Below, one piece after another: positions 52,901 to 64,000 of a stretch of DNA of 64,000 nt; the first letter of the stretch is position 1, and each line of letters opens with the position of its first letter. A program made the position numbers and the translations under genes. The stretch comes from Tubiluchus corallicola (Eukaryota; Animalia; Priapulida). The notes under the pieces are model-generated. The model was not told the origin of the DNA and did no database searches. It was given only the letters and a program-made list of their open reading frames with translations. The stretch is taken from NCBI GenBank assembly GCA_030141605.1, contig JAQGDQ010000041.1, positions 1 through 64,000 of the forward strand, written 5' to 3'.

Positions 52901-54046
52901 TGTGGCCCAAACTGTAGCTTGCTGTTGGTAATAATCCAGATTGATGTGGTAAATAAAAATATGCGGATTAAACTCTGGTGTGAAATGCAACGGAGGAGGA
53001 GCAAAATCTATTCTCCGGAGGTACCGAATAGTAGATAGATCTGTAACATGCACGCAAGTTAATTTCAATGATAATGATGGATTTATGATCACATAGTTCA
53101 TTTTCCGTTGTTATACTCGTTAATGTCTAATAATTGACTTTTAATGTGGACCTGTAACGACTTTTAATTGAGTCAACGTAGACGTTTTTTCTTTTCTGTG
53201 CTTGATGGCGTCGGTACTAAAGCAAGCTTATTTTATACCTAAGAATCTGAACAACAATTCTACATTAATTTACGACATTTTCTTTACATTTAGTCCAAAA
53301 TAAAGCAAATACATGATATAAGATTCTATGATGTATTAAAGGAAGCCAAAAATGGTAAACTTACTGTGAGTACAGCTTTGCATTAAACTTTGAGAGACTG
53401 GAAGGATGTCCTTTATCTTGTTTGTGGTTTCAGACGGTAAAATATGTATATCTATTTAAAAGTAAAAGAAAATTGTTTAACAATGTCAGTATGCTGAGAA
53501 CAATAATTAGACCAACTTCCTTAAAGCTTAAACTAGAACTCTGTATTTGACCTGTCTTGAACTGTGCTGCAGCTGCAGTGCTGACGTTGCTCGTCCTGCT
53601 GCTGCCATCGCTGTTGCTACAACTTGTTCTACTGTAGCTGTTGCTGCTGCTATTGATGCTGCTGCGTCTACTATTGCAAATGTCTGTTCCTGTTACCGTT
53701 TTCCACTGTTTCTCAAAAAAGCTGCTACATCAATTGCTGAAAGCAGTGGTATTTCTGCATGATAATAAAGGAAATGAGGATACCAATTATAGTCATACAG
53801 CAATGACAAGGATGACAACTGAAGTTGTTGCTGTTGCTGTTACTCTTGATATGTACGACAATGTTGAGGTAAAAGATGATAAATAACGATGATGTTGCTT
53901 ATTTAAATACTATAGTAACTTGTTTGTTCGCTAAGTTCAATTAATCAAAGCTCACCTCGTGTCTCCATTTCGTAAACCAGTATTACACTAGTCAAAACAA
54001 ACACACACAATATTGTCAGTTGAAATGCACTTTTTTCTGTAACCAT
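46972..54046 (-). CDS. CPED1: Short CPED1-like protein B (paralog of A), ~502 aa, 11 exons
   Basis: Exons: 54046-53956 (MVTEKSAFQLTILCVFVLTSVILVY), 53451-53365, 53040-52851, 52602-52410, 52161-52038, 51581-51445 ([23 protein letters not shown]), 50437-50202 (VMFLGDSTTRSV), 49009-48911, 48337-48238, 47890-47735 (GPCQCHYH), 47067-46972 (GAVNEAVARIVIHEMCS*). Intron positions and phases match paralog A, and seven exons have identical lengths (190, 124, 137, 99, 100, 156, 96). 1509 nt in frame. Confidence 0.9.
47158..47347. mobile_element. Young hAT-family MITE (190 bp) in the last intron of CPED1-like B
   Basis: Perfect 13-bp TIR CAAGGCTGGCAGT...ACTGCCAGCCTTG and perfect 8-bp TSD TTCATGAG (47150-47157, 47348-47355). 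Internal CGTACC repeats. Confidence 0.92.
49310..49534. mobile_element. AT-rich MITE-like hairpin
   Basis: CTTGATAAACACTAAGATTATAGAATTTTGATAGC is mirrored by GCTATCGAAATTCTATACGTTAGCGCTTATCAAG. Confidence 0.6.
49797..49853 (-). mobile_element. tRNA-derived SINE head / pseudo-tRNA
   Basis: The minus strand reads GGCGGCCTAGTGGTCAA (A-box-like)...CCCTGGCTCAAATCTAGG (B-box-like T arm). The anticodon arm is deleted, so this is not a functional tRNA. Confidence 0.45.
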
Positions 54047-54856
54047 GCTTTAGAAACCGTTGATTTAAATAATAGCGCACAAAATAGTCAGCTGAAATTT
54101 GCTCCGTGAACACTGAAATCTTTATTACACTTTCTTAAAATCAGTTGATACACATTATAATACTTATTAATAAAAAGAAAGATGACGCTTATAGACATAT
54201 AGTAAATCAGACAATTCGGAAGTTAAAATCGGCAAATCGTGTTTGGCAAACATTTTAGTTGAAATTTAGTCCTAGTTTTTGACGTTTTTGTAGACATATG
54301 GATTTCCAAATACTCACTGCATAGACGTGCTTGAAAAACAATGACCAATTTTTAATAGATTGGAATTTAGTCTAAAGCGCATAATTTACTTTGTAAATAG
54401 TACAACGAACCATACCAGTTTCATTACTTGTTATTAAATTTTCGCAAAGTAAACGTAGGACCCGTTTTAAACATGTTAAATGTCAAGCAGAACTTACCGC
54501 AAACCCATCGAAACATTTTAATTTGTAAATAATAAACTGTGTGTCTGCTCTATCTTATTGCACATTCCAATCCGGAATCGTGCATTCAATAGCAGAGCCT
54601 ATATTAATGATGTTGAATGATTCATAGGTTTTAAAATTGGTTATGAAATAAAAAAATATTCGTTCATACTACGCTGTCTTAGTATGTAACATTACTCATT
54701 AGGTGCTATGTCAATACATTAGTTAATATGTCAGTCAGTTGCATGCTGAAATGCATTTCTTTTTATTAGTAATTTCGTGCACATAAAAAGTCATAGTTTT
54801 TGTATTTATATATGTGGACTACTGCAAATTTTCAAATAATTCCTGAGCTGCTCTAA

Positions 54857-54988
54857 GGCCCAGTTTACATGATCCGATAAAACCGAACTGAAGAATGAAG
54901 TCGAATGAATCGCTTACATAACCAGACGAAATCAGGGGTCAGAATCGGATGATGTTGGACAAACTTTGTCGGATGTCATGTGAACGGG
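54857..54988. mobile_element. PIF/Harbinger-type MITE (degenerate)
   Basis: TAA|GGCCCAGTTTACATGATCCGATAAA is mirrored by TTTGTCGGATGTCATGTGAACGGG. Confidence 0.5.
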
Positions 54989-55116
54989 AAAATTTAACAT
55001 CAAACACACTAAATAGTGTAAATAAGGCAAACTATAGACATTACTTTTGCTTACATTTAAATAAGCATTAAACTATTTATGTTTTGGCCCTGCACCATGC
55101 AAGGGATGTCCCACGT

Positions 55117-55233
55117 AGAGATAGAGAGAGAGGGAGAAAACGAGGGAGAGAGAGAGAGAAGACAGAGAGACTGACAGAGAGAGAGAGAAAGAGAGAGAGA
55201 GAAAGAAAGACAGAGAAAGAAAGAGAGAGAGAG
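55117..55233. repeat. (GA)n-rich microsatellite
   Basis: Directly visible. Confidence 0.9.
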
Positions 55234-56649
55234 ATTTTGTAAACGTAGCATCGGACGTCCTCCGACACTGGACAGATTATATACAACAATATAAGATTTT
55301 GCCGACAAATTTTGGATCGTTTAAATCGGCTTTTTAAGAATAGGCCACTTGATAGATTTAATAGACTGTTTTTTCGTTGCCTCTAAATATATTGGTGATA
55401 TTGTAAGAACTCTAGCAATTACATAAACGTCTCACCAACCATAAAGAAGGCGCCATCTAGTAGCAAAGCTTTAAACTTTCATTACTTCCTTATATAGCAT
55501 CAATACATTGGCCGTCTTTTTTACATATAGCGAGTTAGTGTGACACTAACCATTTATTACCATTTATTTTTACATAGAATCTGTTACAAATGCTAACTCC
55601 ATTGTGCTTAGTATTTTTTCAGATTATATAAGGAAACGAACATATCAACAAATTCGAACTTTTATTATGTTTATAAGCCATAACACTGCAAAAAGACAGA
55701 TAAACAACTGTGAGACAGAAATTGTTCGCTTTAATCAAAAGTCGTTCGCCTTCGACTAAGTAATTAGACTTGCGACATTGTTTGGCGTGTGAAATGCTAG
55801 GACCGAGTAAATACAATCAGCATAAGTTTCAGTCCGTTCTTCTCTTGTAAAAGTGACATTTTGTATCGATCAGACATTCTTTCCTAATAATTATAAATGA
55901 TGCGTTTCTTTAAACTTGAATTTTTTTATTGTTTCATTTTAGTTAATTAATCTGTATTTTTAACTTCTATCGTTGATTAATGGCCGTTGGTTAGTGTTCT
56001 AGCGCCGTAAACATCGACTTAAAATAAATTGCAATCTATCAATCGGTCTATTATTCCATAAGTCTAATTCTATTACTCAGTACATTATATTATATTTTAC
56101 ATCACTCGGGTAAATACATATATTCGACTAAAATTTTCATAAAGAAATTGCAACTGAATTAATAGAACGTTAGAAATGACACCTTAACTAGTACGTGATA
56201 TCCGTACTGACAAGTATAATTTATTTTGTCATAAACAATATAACAATTTATTAAAGACATTAATTATTTCGTTATTATTTCGACTAGTTTTAAATTGGTA
56301 TGATATGCGAGTCCCTTTTAGTAAAATTTGGCCGGAATCTATGACAGTTTAAAATCTCAAAGGCTGCAAGATTTAATGTCGCCTTAGAGCATCCATAGAC
56401 GTAGTACAATTAAAAAAATCGACAAAAGATGGCGCACCGGTTCTAGTTTAATATACCGTCGTCTACATATAGCGCACATAAGCTTTGCAAATGTTTTGGA
56501 AATGACCGAATATAGTTTTTAAACTATACTGTTTTTTCTATGTAGTCATACTAAAACCAGAAGCACAACGTTATGCAAATTTGGAAACAAACCAAAAAAA
56601 ATTGACAAATTATTTATATATGAAACAAATGTGTGATGTAAGCTTCGTT

Positions 56650-58100
56650 TTCTCAGAGACTTTTCAGCAGAGCACCCACTTTTGTGAACAATAAGATAAC
56701 TCCACCTTCAACCTTTGATCACAGGTCAGCAGCAAAACTGACCTTCTTTTACAGCACCAGGAATAATTCTGTACCATGCAATTCTCACTAAATATTCTGG
56801 AGAACCTATAGTTAAGTTTCCTCCATTAATGGATACAATATTCGATAAACAACATGAAACGGATATTTTTATCACCAGTAGGCAGTAGAGCCTAATTTTT
56901 GTTCCCTGGTGAAGATGTATCAGACGTTTAGGGCTAGTTATTAGATTTTTGAACTATAATATAAGAAACTGTTAAAGTTTTTTGTTTACGTGTAGGGCCT
57001 ACCTCAGGTAGATTACCACCCAGTGAGTCGCCAAAACACGCATAATTTAAAGTCGTGACCAATAATTTTGGAGCACAAGTTGTTTTTTTTAAACTTGGCA
57101 TCAACAAGTATCTTCCTAGAAAATGATTTAACTCTAAGAGTCTGTCTCAGTTGGCTTCAGGGTTCCGCCACAAAGTAAAGCATTGTCAAAGTTCTCTGGC
57201 TATAATGCTTTGGGAAGTTTACAATCTGGCAAGCTGTTTCTATAATGTTTAAACGACTGTCGTAAAAATACTAATTTACTAATGGCGGTACACTTTTCTG
57301 TAAACAATTTGCTTCGTGAGAAGTTTTTTTTAAAATCGTTTGCAAAGACTTCAGCAAATCTAGGGCTTTCACTTAAAGGTCGAAAATTAAAAACTGCCCA
57401 TCTGACTGGCAGAAAACCGGTTCAGTTCTCCATCAGCCTGTTGATTTTAAAACTATTGTGTTTAATGACACTTAAAGTCCACTAAATTAAAATGTTTTTC
57501 GATCGTTGTTCTGTATTCCGGCATTTCTGTTAGCCACACCTGTGCCGCTAACTACCTATCCGCAAGATTCATCTAACACTGCACTATCTAACATCTCAAC
57601 CTGCCTTTCAATTGAATTGTCTTTGCTAACTCTGACCAGAATAAAGACGTGAACTCGGCAACCTCGTTCTATCCATTCACTTTCGATTTGCCGGACTTTC
57701 GATTATTTAATGCCTGCAGGGCAGAGAGAAAGAAAGATACAAACGCATTTCCTGGTTAAAGACCAGGGCAGACCAGATGTGCGCCCCAATGAAATTGCCG
57801 GGATAAATATTGACCACTTTACGGGAATGCTATATGGTGAACCCTGTAGCGGCCCCATCACCGACTCACAGTTTCCCAGTTTTGGTTTCAGCTGTATTAT
57901 TAAAAAGGCCGTTTTGATCATTTATCGGTACAGTAAATTTGCTCTGCCCTCTGATTGGGCACTAACAAAGGTAGTTGTTTAGCCCCTAGGCTGGCTGGGT
58001 GAAATGTTGTGTGTGGTGAGAAATTACTGGGAACAGTCGTTCTCGTGTCAGTGCTCTGTAGTGTTGTATAGCGGGTTGAGAGATTTACCTGCCTACCTGT
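56650..58100 (-). mobile_element. Possible highly decayed LINE 5' region (ORF1 / start of the APE endonuclease)
   Basis: A GC-richer block with no long ORF. The minus strand near 56850-56680 gives broken IVSI...LLTCDQRLK-GGVILLF, resembling the APE motif RxDRxxxxGGGVxxxV. Weak. Confidence 0.3.
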
Positions 58101-60894
58101 GAATGAGTTCATCATTAAACAGGTGAGGTAAGTTAATGGTATTTGTATTTTTTTATGCAAAAAATGGCGCTAAGCGGTTGTTTGTGCGGGAATAAAAACT
58201 TTCCTTATAAAGTATAATTTTGTAGTGAAATTCTTATTTACGAAGGCCCTCCGGCTAATTACGGATTATACTAAAATTAAGTATTGTCGAATTTCAGTCA
58301 AAAGTTACAAATCACAACGTTGTTTGTCAAAGAAGTTACGCGAAACGTAATAATCATATTGAAAATGAAATTGAAATTGGAAAACCTTATTGAAATGGTT
58401 TATTTAATATATTAAATGCGTTATGTTCTATGAACAAGAGGTTCTTTAGTGAATTACAGAAGAAACATTTTCTTGTGAGATTGCATAGGGAGAGGAATTT
58501 GTTTGTTTGCATTTCTAATATAAAGTTACAAAATTAACATTGTGGCAAAAAATTGGATTCTTGCGACGAAATTTGATTTTATTGACCTGAATTATACTAT
58601 TTGTACGTTTAATCAAGAAACATTTTTTCATAATAACAGTGTTTTTTCGTTGCTTTGCTCATTAAAACATTGCTATATTAGATTAGATTACTTTTATTTC
58701 AATATAAAAAGCATATAAATACATAAAAACATTTACAATACACTACACTAAAATAGTACAATAAAAGCTACACTGAACTACACTATAATTTGTATAATTT
58801 TGTACGGAGTTGACAATAGTTAGTAGATGTTGATTATTCACAAGTTTTAGTAAACGTTTTCTAATACTGTAACTGGCTTTCCTACAAAGGCGCGAAAAAT
58901 GTGTGGCAATGATAAATTAATGAACCTGCCTGAAGCACTACAATCATATGGTAATTAAAACAACTTCCTGATACCTTTGCTGTGCGCAACCCGTATCTTT
59001 TTAAAGACGTTTATCGTATTTTGCCCATGATGGCATACAATAAAAATTACAACATTAGCTCTTAAAAGATATAATTTAACATCGAGGGAAAAACGAGCAT
59101 TTTTTTATATGTTATTAGGTACATAGAATAGAAGACCTTCACAGCCAGACAGCCAGACAGTCAGAACAAATTACATGATTTTTTTGTAAACTAACAAACA
59201 GTATGTGTGAAGTCAAGAAAATGGTTCCTGTAATAACGTTATATAGACTACGTGAGAGAAATTTCATACATCTATACTTTTTGTATAGTTAAAGTAAGAT
59301 TGCATCTGATAGTAACATTATTACACAATTTAAGAGTTTTTGTAATTACAAGTACAGAGAGAGATAATAAAATAATATCATCTTCATAAATAAATTGATT
59401 CAGTAAATAATCTGCAACAATTAAATATATACAGATAATTCTTCAATATAAATATTGAACATAAGAGAAGATAGAATACCATCCTGCCCTTACACCGTGG
59501 CTAACAGTTATCGGGTAACATTCTTGGGTCACGCAGTGTTTTCCATGCTTGGAGCCAAATAAGATTTCACATTTTTAAGCATCACAAGCGAAGCCTGTTA
59601 CTGAATCACTGGGTAAAAACCGCTTTGTGTGTCGTTACTTTTTGGTTGAGGTACTCATGTGGCTGTTATTGCACTTCTTGTTATTTGTTGTTTTTTTCGG
59701 GACGACGATTTGAAAAAAGCCTTAAGGCCACGCCATTTCGGAAGGCAGTGTATCTGGACGGGTTTGAGCATTGAGAAATACGAGTCCTGGTCAAGTTCCT
59801 CCTGATGACTGAGGGTGTAGCTGTGTGCAGTGTGGATATTTGATTCCTATAATAAGTTTTTAGCCAGTTTTTATATATCTGAATAACGTTTTTCAGTTTT
59901 ATAATTTTTGTGAAGAAACGGACTATGGCAACGGTAATTGTATTCTATATAATATAACCAGGCAGTTGGACAGAAAAATTCAATAAGCAAGTAACCCAAT
60001 GCTTCTCATTCCAGACTATTTTCCCTAAGGATGGCTATTCGAACAAAAACACTAAAGATATGTAAATATACCATACACTAAACGATACACGAAAATGATA
60101 CTAAGTCATAGAAAACATTTAATTGGGTGCACGCATGAACATCATTACTTTGTAAGCCAATAAATAATACTAAATATGGTATAGATTTACGCTTTAAGCT
60201 CCGCTGACCATATGCTGTATTGAGTGGTAAACTCAAGGGTTTTAAACTTTTTTTATTCCTTTCTTTCTTAATTTGATATTATACAGTGAATTTTTTTTAA
60301 TAAATACGTTACTACGAATTAAGTAATTACATCTTTGAAACGTTTAAGCTCTAACAAAGGTTTACCACCTAAAATTCTTTGCCAGTTAAATGAAAGTATA
60401 ACTACATGTTTTAAAATTACCTGCTAATTGAGTAACCGAATAGCTAAGTAACTGAGTAACTGAATTATTACGTGACCTGCAAGACAGCTTGACTATGCAA
60501 CTTGAATAAGTATACTTTAAATATATTTGGACTGCTAAAGCTGAAAAGCTTAGTAGTGAATACCTTGAAAATAAGCGCTAACCTACTCAACCATGCACGT
60601 AATTGAACGCCTTAAACCTGAGTACCAGATTACGTAACTCTGTTAAATGAGTGTCCTGGAAATGAGTGCAGACTACTGACTTTGAGCAACTTATTAAACT
60701 CAGGTGAAGTACTATGATGGCAAATACATGATTTGAGCAATTCCGCCACTTCGCAGTTCCAAAAATGCCATAATTTTATGCTCAGAAATTTCTGCACTTG
60801 GATGTCGTTTATCACTCAGAAAATGAGTATTGTTAAACTTAAATTAATTTAATGCCAAGTGGTCTAAGGTTTTATTTTTGAGAATGCTTGGTTG

Positions 60895-61005
60895 GTGTGT
60901 GTGTGTGCGTGCGTGCGTGTGTGCGTGCGTGTGTGTGTGTATGTGTGTGTATGTGCGCGTATGCGTGCGTGCGCGTGAGTGCGCGTGTGTGCGTGTGTGT
61001 GTGTG
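60895..61005. repeat. (GT)n/(GCGT)n microsatellite
   Basis: Directly visible. Confidence 0.92.
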
Positions 61006-61282
61006 TTTTTACCAGCATTTTAATGCTAAGATAAAAAGTTAACATTGCGAGGAGGTTTTTAGTCTCTATAATTCTTGTAAGTGTACCGTAAGTGGGCTTT
61101 CACTAAAAATTATAGTTAACATATTTATCTCCACTATAAATTATATAAAAGCACTATGCACTTTTTTACAATTTTCTTTTTAATATTTTCTCCGTAGGCA
61201 ATTCTTTTTAAATGTATTTCTTTTTATTGGAAACGTGGCTGTGGCGACTACGGTTAATTTACATTGTTACGTTTTTTAAAAT

Positions 61283-61429
61283 AACTGATGTAGCTGATAT
61301 AAATTGAATACAATATAATTAAAATTGCTTAAATTTGTTAAAAAATACAATTTAAAATAAAAATAAAATAACAATTTTTTAAAATTGTTAAAATTATATT
61401 GTATTGAATTTATATCAGCTACATCAGTT
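61283..61429. repeat. 147-bp hairpin with 38-bp near-perfect arms (MITE-like)
   Basis: AACTGATGTAGCTGATATAAATTGAATACAATATAATT / AATTATATTGTATTGAATTTATATCAGCTACATCAGTT, one mismatch. Confidence 0.85.
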
Positions 61430-62616
61430 GTGTCCGTCAAAAATGGTCAGTCCAGCGTTCACATACAGCTCAGGCACTAACCACCGATGTAGCTAAGCAA
61501 ATTCTAATAAATTTTACAGAGTGCTATAAATTGCTCTTATTATGTTTTATACAGTTTACCAGTTTTGTGATGAAAATTAGTTAGTTTTACAATACCCGTT
61601 TCGTAACAACAATTTTATCCTTTACAGTTGTTGTGATTAATTATGCTACATACCAGACGTCTATATGCATTATTTGTCCATTTATATTTTTTGTATATTT
61701 ATTCAATTACCATTTGGTATTACAGTTTCTACCAAAAGACAGAAATAGAATTTTACAAAACATACACTCTTAACTGAAGCATCATGTTTGCCATGTTCGC
61801 TTATATTCGCATCATATTTGCTTAAGACATGTAACGCCTACGAGGAGAAATAAAGAATGAAATTAAAAATGAAATTAAATATTTGATAGCCTGTACATTT
61901 ATATATAACCCTAAGAAATTTATAGTTATGAATACATTATTTTTGTGCATTAGGTTATATTTTAACTACGAGTACGTATGATATAAATCGGTCTTGTATT
62001 ACATTATGACATAGCTTTAATTATGACATAAAGCTTTAATTAAGTTCCTGTCATTTTATAATTATATTTACTAAATTTCCTTCTCCAAGTGGTTTTACTA
62101 ATGTTGCTCCTAGTGGAGTTCAGCAGAAATTCTGAACACCATTATGGATTTCAATAATAATGATGTATTTTTTAACAAGGTGAAGCCATTCTCACTTTCA
62201 AACTGTTAGGGATTTTCTCAGTTGTAAGATATCCGACATTCCATTGGATCGGCTCCGGAAATTCTTTCGACGGAAAGTTTGCGACTTGACAGATTTGACA
62301 CCCTGCAATTTTTGCGAGGCAGCGTCAGGCAAAAATTTAGGTAAAAGGACCAAAATGTCTTCAAGAATTCAAAATAACAATTAAAAGTTGTTATGCACAC
62401 ATTTAACTTGAAATACTTGCTCACGTTGAAAATGTATGTATTAAGAAACACTTTTCGTGGAATTTGGCTAAAAATGCAAAGTTTAGTTCATCTGTACCTA
62501 TTTCCTTTGTTTAAAAATGTAACATTATCACAGATACCCTTTGCTTCGCTCGCTAGTTGTTTTAGAGGGCTTCTTGTAAAATTCATTATAACGATTCATT
62601 TACCGTGTTAATAAAA

Positions 62617-62618
62617 AT

Positions 62619-62701
<83 letters not shown>

Positions 62702-62719
62702 TTACTACTACTACTACTA
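62617..62719. repeat. (CTA)n microsatellite
   Basis: Directly visible. Confidence 0.95.
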
Positions 62720-64000
62720 ATATGCGACTTCTGAGGCTCCATATATTTTTCTTTTGTGTCTTTAATTTAGCTGTTTTTTTTGCATTTCGTATTTTTTCGC
62801 TTGGTTGTCTACATGGTCTCATTTTACCAGAAACAATTTATCTAAATTTTTTACATGGTAGTTACTATCTATCTATACTTATAATTCCATCAATTGCATT
62901 TTTGCATGTTGTACTTGCTATGTTTAAGTGCTGTAATTTCAATGAATTTGTTCATGTTTTTACAACTTGTGACTTGATTATTTGTCAGTGTTTCGCGACT
63001 CTGTAGTTTGTGCAAAGCAATTCGATTTTTTGTCCCAGAATTTAAAATTCCAAAGGCCCAACACCCAAAAATATTTAGTTTTGACAATTTTTGGTAGTAG
63101 CACAGAGTAACGTGGTGAAACTTTTTTCTGATAATTCAAACGAATTCTGAGTCTTTTCTGGATCTAGCAATAAATGGATAGGTGATCGCGGGGAAAACTG
63201 GTTGTAGACGATTTCATGGATTCCAACTTGCGGGATGCAGAATCAAGTATAAAATATTTTTAATCACCAAAAATTTTCAACGCACAATACGGAAAACTTT
63301 TGTAAAATTTACTGGGTCTTTTATTTACCAGAAAAAACACTCTAAATCTACGGCAAAACACTCTAAATCACGGCGCTTTAATACCTAAACCTCATTGCTT
63401 AAGGTGGCACGCGCAGGTATATTTACCATTCATTACTTCGCCAACAGCTTGTAACTTTAGGGCAAAGCGAGTAGGAACGTTAAAAACGCGGAAAGAGAAA
63501 GTCAGAGCGAGAGAGCGTCGACCTTTATAGAACGAAGCTTAGTCGGCTGTCTCTCTACTAAAATGACAGCAGTGTAAACAGTAGCTTATATCTGATTTAA
63601 GCCAGGAAACGATCTCAATACAGCCATTATTACATTAATCAGCAGTTTAAACGTAGTTCACACTGTACCGGCCTAGCTTTTAGAAGTCACACTTACTTTA
63701 CCTAAAAGTTATATCATCCTAAACCCGACAGTTGCTAATGCTTAAGTAAATTGGGCAACGGTTACCTGATTCTACAAGCGATTTTAAAGGAAATTGTGAT
63801 TGTATGTTCTTGATGTTCAAATCCTGATTGTATTACAATTTTTCTCTAACCCTTTCTTCAAGTAATTAGCTAATTGTCGTCAGTATGATGTTCTTTTTTA
63901 CTTGTGTTTTGGATACTCCGCAGAAAAGTGCAGAGGCTTATAAGTCAACTCCCACTACTGAGCGAGCGTATTCAAAGTAGTGACAGAGTGATATATTACT

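Noticed and set aside
60630-60815. GPCR helix-8-like peptide (HFWNCEVAELLK)
   Set aside because: No transmembrane-helix exons were found nearby and there is no convincing acceptor. The resemblance is too short to call.

Overview
This is AT-rich, intron-rich animal (invertebrate) genomic DNA. It is not prokaryotic, and I found no CRISPR array, rRNA or bona fide tRNA. Five protein-coding genes could be assembled by hand from splice sites, all on the minus strand. (1) A secreted CUB-CUB-(EGF_CA)n protein, 16470->~1751, with a tandem array of seven 126-bp EGF exon copies. (2) A single-coding-exon GT77-like nucleotide-diphospho-sugar transferase, 21526->20501. (3) An 8-exon cuticlin-like ZP-domain membrane protein, 32602->24442. 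(4, 5) Two tandem 11-exon paralogs of a short CPED1-like protein (cadherin-like beta-sandwich + PC-esterase/SGNH), 41822->36033 and 54046->46972. The first 1750 bp are a near-perfect inverted copy of 4473-6223, joined through a 6-bp microhomology in the middle of an EGF exon; this is either a fold-back rearrangement or an amplification/assembly chimera. Introns and intergenic DNA carry MITEs, hAT/pogo/piggyBac/CR1 relics, hairpins and microsatellites. The best candidate for an undescribed system is a co-oriented cluster of an apical-matrix ZP protein, a glycosyltransferase and two predicted glycan O-acyl-modifying enzymes, with ROR/HR3-type motifs upstream of two of the genes. All family assignments come from motif recognition, not database searches.
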